The position numbers were made by a program, and so were the translations under genes. Source: Dysgonomonas sp. UBA5412 (GTDB lineage Bacteria > Bacteroidota > Bacteroidia > Bacteroidales > Dysgonomonadaceae). From it: DNA of 64,000 bases. Positions within the stretch are counted from its first letter, which is position 1. The number at the start of each line of letters is the position of its first letter. Below are positions 27,986 to 37,748 of this stretch, in pieces. The notes under the pieces were generated by a model, which saw only the letters and a list, made by a program, of their open reading frames with translations, had not been told where the DNA came from and did no database searches. The DNA lies in NCBI GenBank assembly GCA_002409595.1, contig DHNQ01000029.1:400839-464838 (forward strand), read 5' to 3'.

Positions 27986-28129
27986 TATTTTGGCTTAAGC
28001 TATAAAAACTGCACAGACTAAAAGTATATATACCTCAAAACAAAAACATTCGAGAGCTAATAATATTATATTTTCAATAATAGTTACTAAGAAAAAAGAA
28101 CAAGAGGTAAATAATAAGATCTCCTCGCG
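27986..28129 (+). pseudogene. Decayed copy of the 3' end, 3' UTR and terminator of the 3878..5938 gene
   Basis: 27986-28045 aligns without gaps to 5881-5940 at 46/60 identities. 28046-28129 aligns to 5941-6018 with 6 gap positions. Trp codon TGG has become TAA at 27996-27998. Confidence 0.8.
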
Positions 28130-28314
28130 CTCCTTTTATTTTCAGAATATTAGGAAGATCCATTTTTGCATACTTCCTGATCTTCAATCAATCACTATAC
28201 ATAAGAGAGCCTGATTCCTCTGAAGGGTTTAAACATTCGATTTACAAAAGTGTTAATTAAAGACAATAGGTTTTCCTTTTTGTCGTATATTTGTACAGTT
28301 AAAACATATGTAAT

Positions 28315-29160
28315 ATGAAAGCTATAAAATCTTCTTTTTGTTTATTTGTGATGGCACTCTTAGTTTTATCGTCTTGTAAAACAGAGAAGAAGACTGATGT
28401 ACCTAATGATGTGGTCTATGACTCAATATCTGTTGCCAGAATCTATCATTTGGATAATGACTCTACAAAACCATCTTGCTCCCTTAAGATAAACTATATC
28501 TTCCCTATCAAATACACAGATGAGAAGGTGTTGGCTAATATGCAAAAAGAGCTAAACTATGCAATGATGGAGGATGAAAAATATGAAAATCTAAAGCCTG
28601 CAGCAGCTGTTGACAAATATATTGAAGACTATATAGAGAACTACAAAAATGATGCTAAGGAACAATTTCCCGATTGGCAGGACTCTCACGACACCGAAGA
28701 TTATTTTTCCTATTACAAAACTTTGAATACAAAAATTTTATTTGATATGGGAGGCATTACGTCCTATCAAATATCCTCCATGGATTATAAAGGAGGAGCA
28801 AATTCGTCGACAGCCTATCGCAATATTGTATTAGACCTTCAAACAGGCAATACTGTGAAAGAACAAGATATATTTCGCTCCGAATACAAGAAATTATTAA
28901 ACGATATGCTAATTCGTAAGATAGTTAATCAAAACAAGGTACAAAAACCGGAGGATCTTTTAGAATTTGGATATTGGGGAATAGAAGACCTGACCTCAAA
29001 CAATAATTTTTCAGTCGACTCAGCAGGACTAACCTATATTTTTAATCCCGGAGAATACTCTGCACCCAGTTTAGGCGAGATTCGTGTATTTTTGCCATAT
29101 AACGAAATACAAGATATGCTAAATATCAACTCTCCAATATATAGATTTTCAGAAAAATAA
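28315..29160 (+). CDS. DUF3298/DUF4163 (RsiV/PdaC-like) lipoprotein
   Basis: Lipobox LSS|C; 'DYKGGANS', 'LDLQTG', 'NNNFSVD..GLTYIFNPGEYSAPSLG'. Confidence 0.8.
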   Translation: MKAIKSSFCLFVMALLVLSSCKTEKKTDVPNDVVYDSISVARIYHLDNDSTKPSCSLKINYIFPIKYTDEKVLANMQKELNYAMMEDEKYENLKPAAAVDKYIEDYIENYKNDAKEQFPDWQDSHDTEDYFSYYKTLNTKILFDMGGITSYQISSMDYKGGANSSTAYRNIVLDLQTGNTVKEQDIFRSEYKKLLNDMLIRKIVNQNKVQKPEDLLEFGYWGIEDLTSNNNFSVDSAGLTYIFNPGEYSAPSLGEIRVFLPYNEIQDMLNINSPIYRFSEK

Positions 29161-29161
29161 C

Positions 29162-29782
29162 ATGAACATAATACTTAAATATTTCCCTAATATAACATCG
29201 GAGCAAAAAAAGCAATTCGAAGCACTATATGATCTGTATGTCGATTGGAACTCAAAGATCAATGTAATATCCCGAAAAGATATTGAAAATCTATACACCC
29301 ACCACGCATTACATTCCTTAGCGATTGCCAAACTCATAACATTCACCGATGGCAGTCAGATAATGGATGTAGGAACAGGAGGAGGCTTTCCCGGAATTCC
29401 CTTAGCCATTCTTTTTCCTAAATGTAAATTTCTGTTAGTAGACAGCATTGGAAAAAAAGTCAGAGTAGCCACAGAAGTTGCACAAGCTATTGGTTTGAAA
29501 AATGTCGAATTTCGCCATTGCAGAGCAGAAGACGAAAAAAGGACATTCGACTTTGTAGTAAGTCGGGCAGTGATGCCCTTACCCGATTTGGTGAAAATCG
29601 TGAAAAAGAATGTATCGAAAGAGCAACGAAATGCACTACCCAATGGTATAATCTGCCTAAAAGGTGGAAACTTGGATAGTGAACTCAAACCGTTTAAGAA
29701 AACAGCAGAAGCCGATGATCTGTCTATGTACTTTGAAGAAGAATACTTTAAGACAAAAAAGATAGTCTACGTCTTAATTTAA
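29162..29782 (+). CDS. rsmG: 16S rRNA (guanine527-N7)-methyltransferase
   Basis: 'WNSKINVISR', 'HALHSL', 'DVGTGGGFPGIPLAI', 'SRAV', 'LKGG'. Confidence 0.96.
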   Translation: MNIILKYFPNITSEQKKQFEALYDLYVDWNSKINVISRKDIENLYTHHALHSLAIAKLITFTDGSQIMDVGTGGGFPGIPLAILFPKCKFLLVDSIGKKVRVATEVAQAIGLKNVEFRHCRAEDEKRTFDFVVSRAVMPLPDLVKIVKKNVSKEQRNALPNGIICLKGGNLDSELKPFKKTAEADDLSMYFEEEYFKTKKIVYVLI

Positions 29783-30174
29783 TATATATTACTCATATTT
29801 GGATTATTCAATTTCAATCAGGCTCTAAGATAAGATCTTGACATATATTACTTATACATTTGTTTAGTACCTAATACACCAATAGATTTTTTTCAGAGAA
29901 TGAAAAAAAATTTAAGCTACCGAAGATCGTAAATCTCTAATTTTCTATTTTCAAGTCCTCTTTACCACTTAGGATAAGCACTAAATCAAACACTTACCCA
30001 TTTATATTGATTTATTACAAACTGACTTATACTCCGACTTTGTCAGAAACTAAAGGATATTCTATTTTTGTATTATTATAACATTAGTTATAGCAAGAAA
30101 CTGTTAACTTTCATAGGAAAGTTATATCTTTATAGTATTATTAATTTTAATGAAAAGTCTTTATAGATAGCTAT

Positions 30175-30816
30175 ATGAACGTAAAAATATTCGAATTTAA
30201 TCCCATTAGTGAGAACACATATATTGCATACGATGAAACAAAAGAATGTGTTATAATAGATCCGGGTTGTTTTTTCCCTGACGAAAAAGTTTTATTACTC
30301 GACTTTATCTTGGATAATGACCTTGTTGTGAAACATTTATTAAATACCCATCTCCATTTTGACCATGTATTTGGAAACAATTTTATATATGAACAGTTTA
30401 AGCTCGAAACAGAGGCCAACAAAGGAGACGAATTTCTGTTGGAGGAAATGCCTACACAACTGCAAATGTTTGGTTTCAAAAATGAAGGAGCAATCATTCC
30501 CAAAATTGGGAAATATCTAAAAGAAAACGATATTGTAAAGTTTGGAAAACAGCAATTTGTCGTTTTTGAAGTACCCGGACATTCGCCTGGCAGCCTAGCC
30601 TTCTACAATGAAAAAGCAGGTTGTGTATTTGTTGGCGATGCCCTATTCAGAGGAAGTGTGGGACGTACGGATCTGGCGGGAGGGAATCATCAACAATTAA
30701 TCAAAGGCATTAAAGAAAAGTTGCTAACATTACCCAAAGAAACTGTCGTATATTCAGGGCATGGACCTCTGACGACAATAGGAGACGAGATCAAAAGTAA
30801 TTTTTATTTACAATAA
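30175..30816 (+). CDS. MBL-fold metallo-hydrolase (glyoxalase II-like)
   Basis: 'THLHFDHVFG', 'PGHSPG', 'GDALF', 'GHGP'. Confidence 0.9.
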   Translation: MNVKIFEFNPISENTYIAYDETKECVIIDPGCFFPDEKVLLLDFILDNDLVVKHLLNTHLHFDHVFGNNFIYEQFKLETEANKGDEFLLEEMPTQLQMFGFKNEGAIIPKIGKYLKENDIVKFGKQQFVVFEVPGHSPGSLAFYNEKAGCVFVGDALFRGSVGRTDLAGGNHQQLIKGIKEKLLTLPKETVVYSGHGPLTTIGDEIKSNFYLQ

Positions 30817-30835
30817 AACAGACGAGGAAATACTT

Positions 30836-33688
30836 ATGAAAAGCGAAAGATTTGAATCCCGACACATTGGTATCAATGAACACGATGAGAGAGTGATGCT
30901 GAACAAAATAGGTGCAAAATCTCTTGATGAACTTATTGAACAAACTATACCTCAGGATATTCGTTTAGAAAGAGGATTGCATTTACCCGAAGCACTCAGC
31001 GAGCATGAGTATGCAGAAGAGATGGCTTTGATGGCTTCAAAAAATCGAATAAATGCATGCTATATCGGTATGGGGTGGTATGACACTGTTGTGCCTGCAC
31101 CAATCTTCCGCAATGTATTCGAGAATCCTGTTTGGTACACCTCCTACACTCCATATCAGGCTGAAATATCTCAAGGACGTCTCGAAGCATTGATGAATTT
31201 TCAGACTATGGTTAGCCAACTCACAGCCCTACCTTTATCCAACTGTTCATTGTTGGATGAGGCTACTGCCGGAGCAGAAGCCGCAACCATGATGCATGCT
31301 TTACGCACTCGCGAACAAATAAAAAATAATGCAAATAAACTTTTTGTTGACAAAAATATTTTTCCACAAACGTTAGCCGTCATCAATACACGCAGTCAGC
31401 CGCAGGGAATAGAAGTTGTGGTAGGCGATTTTCAGCAAACAGAATTAGACAATGGGTTCTTTGGAGCAATCATACAATATCCAAACTCAGAAGGGCATGT
31501 GGTCGATTATTCCGCCTTTACACAAAAAGCTCATGCAGCAGAATGTAAAGTCGCTGTTGCCACAGACCTTATGGCTCTGACTCTCTTGGTTCCTCCCGGC
31601 GAATGGGGAGCAGATATTGCTTTCGGCAGCAGCCAGAGATTTGGAGTTCCAATGTTTTATGGTGGACCTTCTGCCGGATTTTTTGCCACTAAAGAAGAAT
31701 ATAAGCGAAATGTACCGGGACGTATAATAGGCATATCAAAAGATACTTATGGTAAATCAGCATATCGCATGGCTTTGCAGACTCGTGAGCAACATATAAA
31801 GAGAGAAAAGGCGACTTCTAATATCTGTACTGCACAGGCTTTGCTTGCCACTATGGCGGGCTTCTATGCTGTATATCATGGACCTAAAGGATTAAGAAGA
31901 ATTGCAAAACGAATTCATTCCGTGACAGCACTTATTGCAGACGAATTGCGTGAACTCGGTTACACAATTGTTCACAATCAATATTTTGACACTCTAAAAA
32001 TCATTTTACCGGTAAATATAGATCAGGATTCAGTCCGTATGTATTCCGAAATGCGAGATATAAACCTGCGTTATTTCGAAAGTGGAGAATTAGGAATAAG
32101 CATAGACGAGACTATTACCGAATATAAGGCTCACGAACTATTGGCTTTATTCTCTTTAGCAGTAGGACGCACGGAAGTGTTTATGATAGACGATCTGCCT
32201 GAAAAAATGATATTGAAAGATGACTTCTTACGAAAAAGCCCTTTCTTACAGCACGACGTATTCAATTCATATCATACCGAAACTGAACTAATGCGCTACA
32301 TCAAACGGTTAGACAGAAAGGATATTTCGCTTGCACATTCTATGATTTCGTTAGGATCTTGTACAATGAAGCTAAATGCAGCCTCAGAATTGTTGCCACT
32401 ATCTTTGGGTGGATTCCAAAACATACATCCTTTTGCACCTAAATCTCAGACACAAGGATATAATGAACTCATTGAAGAATTGGGAGAATACTTGAAAGAA
32501 ATAACTGGCTTTGCAGGAGTTAGCTTCCAGCCAAACTCCGGAGCGGCCGGTGAATATGCAGGATTGATGACCATCCGCAAATATCAGGAAAGCATAGGAG
32601 AAGGGCATCGCAATATAATATTAATTCCGGCATCAGCACACGGAACTAATCCAGCGTCAGCAATTCAAGCCGGATATGAAACAGTAACTATCGACTGCGA
32701 CTCTCATGGAAATGTAGTTCTGGAAGATTTAAGGACAAAAGCAGAATTACACAAAGATAAGCTAGCAGGCTGTATGATCACATATCCGTCTACTCATGGA
32801 ATCTTTGAAAAGAAAATAAAGGAAATGTGTCAGGTTGTCCACGACAATGGAGGGCAAGTTTATATGGACGGAGCCAATATGAATGCTCAAGTAGGCTTAA
32901 CCAATCCGGGCTTTATTGGAGCAGATGTATGCCATCTGAATTTGCACAAGACATTTGCAATACCTCACGGAGGAGGAGGACCGGGAGAAGGCCCTATCTG
33001 TGTTGCAGAACACCTTGTCCCATTCCTACCACATCACCCCGAAGAAGACGGCAGTTGTGTAAACACAGTTGCATCTGCACCTTATGGCAGCGCAGGCATA
33101 CTTCCTATCACTTACGGATATATACGCATGATGGGTCCTGAGGGATTGACTCGTGCTACTAAAATAGCAATTTTGAGCGCTAACTATTTAGTAGAATGCC
33201 TAAAAGACACATACGGCATTGTATATACCGGAATATCGGGCAGAGTAGGACACGAACTAATATTGGAATGTCGCAAGATAAAGGAAACATCAGGCATCAC
33301 AGAATCGGATATTGCAAAGCGCTTGATGGATTATGGATACCACGCCCCCACACTATCGTTTCCTGTTCATGGAACTTTGATGATAGAACCAACTGAGAGC
33401 GAAAGTCTTGCAGAACTCAATAGATTTGTAGATACAATGAATCAGATCTGGGAAGAAATTAAAGAAGTAGAAAACGGAACGTATACTAAGGAAGATAATG
33501 TATTGGTAAATGCTCCACATCCCGAATACGAAGTTTGTGGAGATGAATGGAAACATGCCTATCCTCGTTCCAAGGCTGCTTATCCTTTAGAATTTGTAAA
33601 AGACAATAAATTTTGGATCAATGTGGCACGCGTAGACAATGCCTATGGTGATCGAAACTTAGTTACTTGTTTATGCGATATGGGATAA
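30836..33688 (+). CDS. gcvP: Glycine dehydrogenase (decarboxylating), P protein
   Basis: 'YTSYTPYQAEISQGRLE', 'REQHIKREKATSNICT', 'LGSCTMKLN', 'HLNLHKTF' (PLP Lys). Confidence 0.98.
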   Translation: MKSERFESRHIGINEHDERVMLNKIGAKSLDELIEQTIPQDIRLERGLHLPEALSEHEYAEEMALMASKNRINACYIGMGWYDTVVPAPIFRNVFENPVWYTSYTPYQAEISQGRLEALMNFQTMVSQLTALPLSNCSLLDEATAGAEAATMMHALRTREQIKNNANKLFVDKNIFPQTLAVINTRSQPQGIEVVVGDFQQTELDNGFFGAIIQYPNSEGHVVDYSAFTQKAHAAECKVAVATDLMALTLLVPPGEWGADIAFGSSQRFGVPMFYGGPSAGFFATKEEYKRNVPGRIIGISKDTYGKSAYRMALQTREQHIKREKATSNICTAQALLATMAGFYAVYHGPKGLRRIAKRIHSVTALIADELRELGYTIVHNQYFDTLKIILPVNIDQDSVRMYSEMRDINLRYFESGELGISIDETITEYKAHELLALFSLAVGRTEVFMIDDLPEKMILKDDFLRKSPFLQHDVFNSYHTETELMRYIKRLDRKDISLAHSMISLGSCTMKLNAASELLPLSLGGFQNIHPFAPKSQTQGYNELIEELGEYLKEITGFAGVSFQPNSGAAGEYAGLMTIRKYQESIGEGHRNIILIPASAHGTNPASAIQAGYETVTIDCDSHGNVVLEDLRTKAELHKDKLAGCMITYPSTHGIFEKKIKEMCQVVHDNGGQVYMDGANMNAQVGLTNPGFIGADVCHLNLHKTFAIPHGGGGPGEGPICVAEHLVPFLPHHPEEDGSCVNTVASAPYGSAGILPITYGYIRMMGPEGLTRATKIAILSANYLVECLKDTYGIVYTGISGRVGHELILECRKIKETSGITESDIAKRLMDYGYHAPTLSFPVHGTLMIEPTESESLAELNRFVDTMNQIWEEIKEVENGTYTKEDNVLVNAPHPEYEVCGDEWKHAYPRSKAAYPLEFVKDNKFWINVARVDNAYGDRNLVTCLCDMG

Positions 33689-33770
33689 AAAACCTAAAAT
33701 ACATTATATTTGTAAACATAATTGAAGTAAAAACCGTTTATTTATAATAATAAACACAATATATAGAACT

Positions 33771-34091
33771 ATGAGAATGAAGATTTTTTTAATAACACTA
33801 GTATTAACCCTTGGCTTAGGAACAACTTTAGTTGCCCAAAACCAGAAAGCTCCATTGAAGAATGATAAGGAAACTGTTTTGTTCGACGTATCAATGACTT
33901 GTGAAAACTGTCAGAAACGAATCGAGAAAAATATTGCTTTCGAAAAAGGGGTTACAGATATGAAAGTCGATCTTGCAAATAAGACTGTATTAGTTGAGTT
34001 CAAAAAGACTCAGACATCGGTTGACAAACTACAAGCAGCCATTGCAAAGTTAGGATATGATGTAAAAATACATAAAGACGGAAAAGAATGA
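33771..34091 (+). CDS. Exported heavy-metal-associated (HMA) domain protein
   Basis: Signal peptide ending LVA|Q; 'MTCENC' CxxC; 'LGY' end motif. Confidence 0.85.
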   Translation: MRMKIFLITLVLTLGLGTTLVAQNQKAPLKNDKETVLFDVSMTCENCQKRIEKNIAFEKGVTDMKVDLANKTVLVEFKKTQTSVDKLQAAIAKLGYDVKIHKDGKE

Positions 34092-34543
34092 AAAAGTTAT
34101 TTATTATGATTGCTGCTGCAGCATTATTATATAGTTGTGGTGGTAACACTCAAAAAAAAGAAGAATCTCAGGCCTCAGTCGAAGATTTTTCAGCGATTGC
34201 CGAATCTGTTTCGGATGGACATAATGCACAGAATTCTTTAGATTATGAAGGCATCTATACCGGAACACTACCTACGGCAAGTGGTGAGGGAATGTTGGTT
34301 ACTATTACATTAAGCGATAGTACATATACCAGAAACATCGAATATATAGGTAAAAAAGGTAGCAAAACTGAAGAAAAAGGTAAATATACATGGGGCAAAG
34401 ATGGCAGTGTAATCACACTCCAGAATGTAGATAAAGAGTCTCCAAGCCAATATTTTGTTGGAGAAAACACCTTAACTCAGTTAGATATGGATGGTAATAA
34501 AATAACCGGAGATATGGCAGAATTATATATTTTGAAAAAGTAA
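34088..34543 (+). CDS. NlpE N-terminal-domain (copper-resistance) lipoprotein
   Basis: Lipobox LYS|C; 'SLDYEGIYTGTLPTASGEG', 'QLDMDGNKI'. Confidence 0.8.
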   Translation: MKKLFIMIAAAALLYSCGGNTQKKEESQASVEDFSAIAESVSDGHNAQNSLDYEGIYTGTLPTASGEGMLVTITLSDSTYTRNIEYIGKKGSKTEEKGKYTWGKDGSVITLQNVDKESPSQYFVGENTLTQLDMDGNKITGDMAELYILKK

Positions 34544-34562
34544 AAAATTCTAACGATTATAA

Positions 34563-34598
34563 ACAAAGGTCGGATTTATTAAAAAATCCGACCTTTGT
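34563..34598 (+). terminator. Intrinsic terminator after gcvP-HMA-NlpE
   Basis: ACAAAGGTCGGATTT / AAATCCGACCTTTGT, 15-bp stem. Confidence 0.8.
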
Positions 34599-34798
34599 CT
34601 TTTATTAATTGAACAGTATATGATTTTTTCTTCTTTTATTCTGATAAAAGAAGAAATCATAGCACTTATAATTAACAGAACAAAAAGCATCCTCAATCAT
34701 ATCATTTTTTTACAAAAAAACGCTATTTAATTTTCACATTAATACAAATTAAATACCTTTGCATGTAATTTAATAGTAAAAACGTCCAAAATAGAAAA

Positions 34799-35836
34799 AT
34801 GAGCTATTTAATAAAACCTCTAAAATACCATGCCCTACTCGGCTTACAACAAACAGAATTGGGGATAAAACAGATAAAAGATTTTTTTCAACAAAATCTA
34901 TCTTCAGAATTACGTTTAAGAAGAGTTACAGCTCCCCTATTCGTATTAAAAGGAATGGGTATAAACGACGACCTGAATGGCGTAGAGCGTGCAGTAAATT
35001 TCCCAATAAAAGATATGGATGACGAATGTGCCGAAATTGTACATTCTCTCGCAAAATGGAAGAGACTCACCCTAGCCGATTATGGCATAAATGAAGGCTA
35101 CGGTATATATACCGACATGAATGCCATAAGGGCTGACGAGGAGTTGGGCAACCTCCACTCCCTATATGTAGATCAGTGGGACTGGGAAATGGTGATGTCG
35201 CCGGAAAATAGAAATTTAGACTTCTTGAAAGAAGTTGTAAATCGAATATATGCTGCATTGGTGCGCACAGAATATCTTGTCTACGAATTATTCCCTGCTA
35301 TTACTCCGATCTTGCCTTCGGAGATAAAATTTATCCACTCAGAAGAGTTACTACAAAGATATCCCGATCTGACAACTAAGGAACGAGAGAACGAGATAGC
35401 CAAAGAATACGGTGCAGTATTTATCATCGGTATCGGAGGCGCATTAAGCAACGGCAAACCACATGACGGACGCGCCCCTGATTATGACGACTGGACCACC
35501 CGCTCCGAAAATGGCTATCATGGCCTCAATGGAGACCTTATTGTGTGGAATCCCGTATTAGGGCAAGGAATGGAATTGTCGTCAATGGGTATCCGTGTAA
35601 ATAAAGAAACTTTGTTGGAGCAGCTAAAAGTATCGGGACAAGAAGACCGCAAGGATTTATATTTCCATAAGCGTTTGCTAAACGAAGAATTACCTCAGTC
35701 TATTGGTGGTGGAATTGGTCAATCTCGCCTTTGTATGTTCTATTTGAGAAAGGGACATATCGGAGAGATTCAGGCTGGCATATGGCCGGAGAAAATGCGC
35801 AAAGAAGCAGAAGCTTTTGGCATGCCACTTATTTAA
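34799..35836 (+). CDS. asnA: Aspartate-ammonia ligase
   Basis: 'EIVHSLAKWKR', 'YVDQWDWE', 'HDGRAPDYDDW', 'IGGGIGQSR'. Confidence 0.96.
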   Translation: MSYLIKPLKYHALLGLQQTELGIKQIKDFFQQNLSSELRLRRVTAPLFVLKGMGINDDLNGVERAVNFPIKDMDDECAEIVHSLAKWKRLTLADYGINEGYGIYTDMNAIRADEELGNLHSLYVDQWDWEMVMSPENRNLDFLKEVVNRIYAALVRTEYLVYELFPAITPILPSEIKFIHSEELLQRYPDLTTKERENEIAKEYGAVFIIGIGGALSNGKPHDGRAPDYDDWTTRSENGYHGLNGDLIVWNPVLGQGMELSSMGIRVNKETLLEQLKVSGQEDRKDLYFHKRLLNEELPQSIGGGIGQSRLCMFYLRKGHIGEIQAGIWPEKMRKEAEAFGMPLI

Positions 35837-35988
35837 ATCGTATTTTATAAAAAGATTTAAATAACTTTATTCTACCTTTCGATTGGAATAAAGAAGAGAT
35901 GTTAAATCAATATTTTTTTATAACTTTATATTTAAGGATGTTTTATCAGAAACATCCTTTGTTTTTATTAATTCAAGCTAAAAAAAAC

Positions 35989-37659
35989 ATGGAGAATAAA
36001 GTTAGAATTCATTGTACTAATACAGATACTTACAAAGACTTTCCGACAGGAACAAGCCTTACTGAAATATTAAAAGTATTTTCGCCACAGACAAAATATC
36101 GCGTTGTAAACGCCAAAGTAAATAACAAAACAGAGCCACTATATTATCAGCCTTATCATAATAAGACAGTTACATTTATTGATCTATCCGAAGCTTCCGG
36201 TATGCGCACATACGTACGTTCGTTATGTTTCTTATTAGCAAAGGCTGTTTCGGAAGTATTTCCTGAAGGGCAATTGTATATCGAACATCCTATTTCTCTC
36301 GGATACTTCTGTCGTATAATCAATGTCTCTAATGTCATAGACGAGAAAGCCATTGTTGCGATCAAAGAAAAAATGCAGGAATATGTAAATGCAGATATTC
36401 CTTTTGAAGGAGTAGAAGAGGAAACTGATCAGGTGGTAAAGATGTTTAGAGATAAAGGATTTGAAGATAAAGCTCTATTACTGGAAACAACCGGCGAGAT
36501 ATATTCTAAATATTATAGATTAGGAGATTCTGTCGATTACTTTTATAGCTGCCTTGTACCTTCCACCGGCTATATTGATATTTATGATCTGGAACTATAT
36601 CACGACGGGTTATTACTACGAGTTCCCAATCGAAGCAATCCCGTAGAATTGGAGCCTCGCATAGAACAACCAATGATGTATAATGTATATAAAGAGCATC
36701 TTAAGTTTCTAAACATCATAGGTATGGATAATGTTGGAGATATGAACAAAGCCAATAAGGAAGGTCTGATCACTAATATTATAAAAGTAGCCGAAGCATA
36801 CCAAGAGAAAACAATTGCTAATATAGCAGAGCAGATAGCAGCACGTTCCGAAGATGGAGTTCGAGTTGTTCTAATCTCCGGACCATCATCGTCCGGAAAA
36901 ACGACTTTCAGAATGAGACTGGAAGTACAATTGATGGTGAATCTGATGAAACCTGTAGGTTTATCTCTTGATAATTATTTTGTAGACAGACATCTTACCC
37001 CACTGGATGAAAATGGAGGATACGATTTCGAATCTTTATATGCTTTAGATATTCCCAAGTTTAATGAGGATCTTGAAAACCTATTAAGCGGAAAAGAAAT
37101 AGAACTACCAACATTCAACTTCACAACAGGGAAACGAGAGTATAAAGGAGATAAGTTAAAGCTAGAGGAGCATACTATTCTTGTTATAGAAGGTATCCAC
37201 GGATTAAATCCTGATCTAACTGCCGGGATTCCCGATAACCAGAAATATGGAATATATGTATCGGCACTAACCACAATATCTTTAGACAATCATAACTGGA
37301 TACCGACTACAGACAATCGCCTTCTACGTCGTTTAATTCGCGACCATAGATATAGAAACTACTCTGCAATAGATACTCTTTCGCGTTGGCAAAGTGTTCG
37401 CCGCGGCGAAGATAAATGGATTTTCCCATATCAGGAAAATGCTGATGTGATGTTTAACTCGGCTATGATATACGAATTTGCCGCTTTGCGCCGCTATGCA
37501 GAACCTATTCTGCTTCAAGTACCGAACAACGCTCCTGAATATGCAGAAGCCCACCGTCTTCTTAAATTCTTAAAGTATTTTAATTACATAAATGACAGAG
37601 AGTTGCCACCAACATCACTACTGCGAGAATTTGTAGGCGGAAGCAGTTTCAAATATTAA
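35989..37659 (+). CDS. udk: Uridine/nucleoside kinase with ThrRS-like N-terminal domains
   Basis: TGS-like N-terminus; 'ISGPSSSGKTT', 'EGIHGLN', 'RLLRRLIRD'. Likely start ATG 35989. Confidence 0.85.
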   Translation: MENKVRIHCTNTDTYKDFPTGTSLTEILKVFSPQTKYRVVNAKVNNKTEPLYYQPYHNKTVTFIDLSEASGMRTYVRSLCFLLAKAVSEVFPEGQLYIEHPISLGYFCRIINVSNVIDEKAIVAIKEKMQEYVNADIPFEGVEEETDQVVKMFRDKGFEDKALLLETTGEIYSKYYRLGDSVDYFYSCLVPSTGYIDIYDLELYHDGLLLRVPNRSNPVELEPRIEQPMMYNVYKEHLKFLNIIGMDNVGDMNKANKEGLITNIIKVAEAYQEKTIANIAEQIAARSEDGVRVVLISGPSSSGKTTFRMRLEVQLMVNLMKPVGLSLDNYFVDRHLTPLDENGGYDFESLYALDIPKFNEDLENLLSGKEIELPTFNFTTGKREYKGDKLKLEEHTILVIEGIHGLNPDLTAGIPDNQKYGIYVSALTTISLDNHNWIPTTDNRLLRRLIRDHRYRNYSAIDTLSRWQSVRRGEDKWIFPYQENADVMFNSAMIYEFAALRRYAEPILLQVPNNAPEYAEAHRLLKFLKYFNYINDRELPPTSLLREFVGGSSFKY

Positions 37660-37685
37660 AAAATAATGAGATAATTATTTCAACA

Positions 37686-37716
37686 AGTAGAGATTACTAA
37701 GGTAGTCTCTATTTTT
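37686..37716. terminator. Bidirectional terminator udk/rnc
   Basis: TAGAGATTAC-TAAG-GTAGTCTCTA hairpin followed by a T-run. Confidence 0.65.
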
Positions 37717-37748
37717 ATTATATAATATAAGGTTGTGTAAAGAGTGTT

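Larger units (their letters stand above)
25479..28135. mobile_element. Degenerate integrative element remnant at the mnmE 3' end
   Basis: Tyrosine integrase directly after mnmE, then a 5'-truncated cargo gene and a pseudogene fragment. No mob/rep/xis genes and no convincing attR; the right boundary is uncertain. Confidence 0.55.

Noticed and set aside
28207-29826. 11-bp inverted match AGAGCCTGATT (28207-28217) / AATCAGGCTCT (29816-29826) flanking DUF3298-rsmG
   Set aside because: Too short to exceed chance; it would flank core genes, and no promoter-inversion geometry is evident.
29783-30174. 392-nt AT-rich spacer after rsmG containing an IHF-like AATCAA-N4-TTA
   Set aside because: No ORF, stable structure or similarity to other parts of the window found by eye; the motif is expected by chance in AT-rich DNA.
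35989-37659. ThrRS-like N-terminus fused to uridine kinase
   Set aside because: Known, widespread architecture in anaerobes; not novel.
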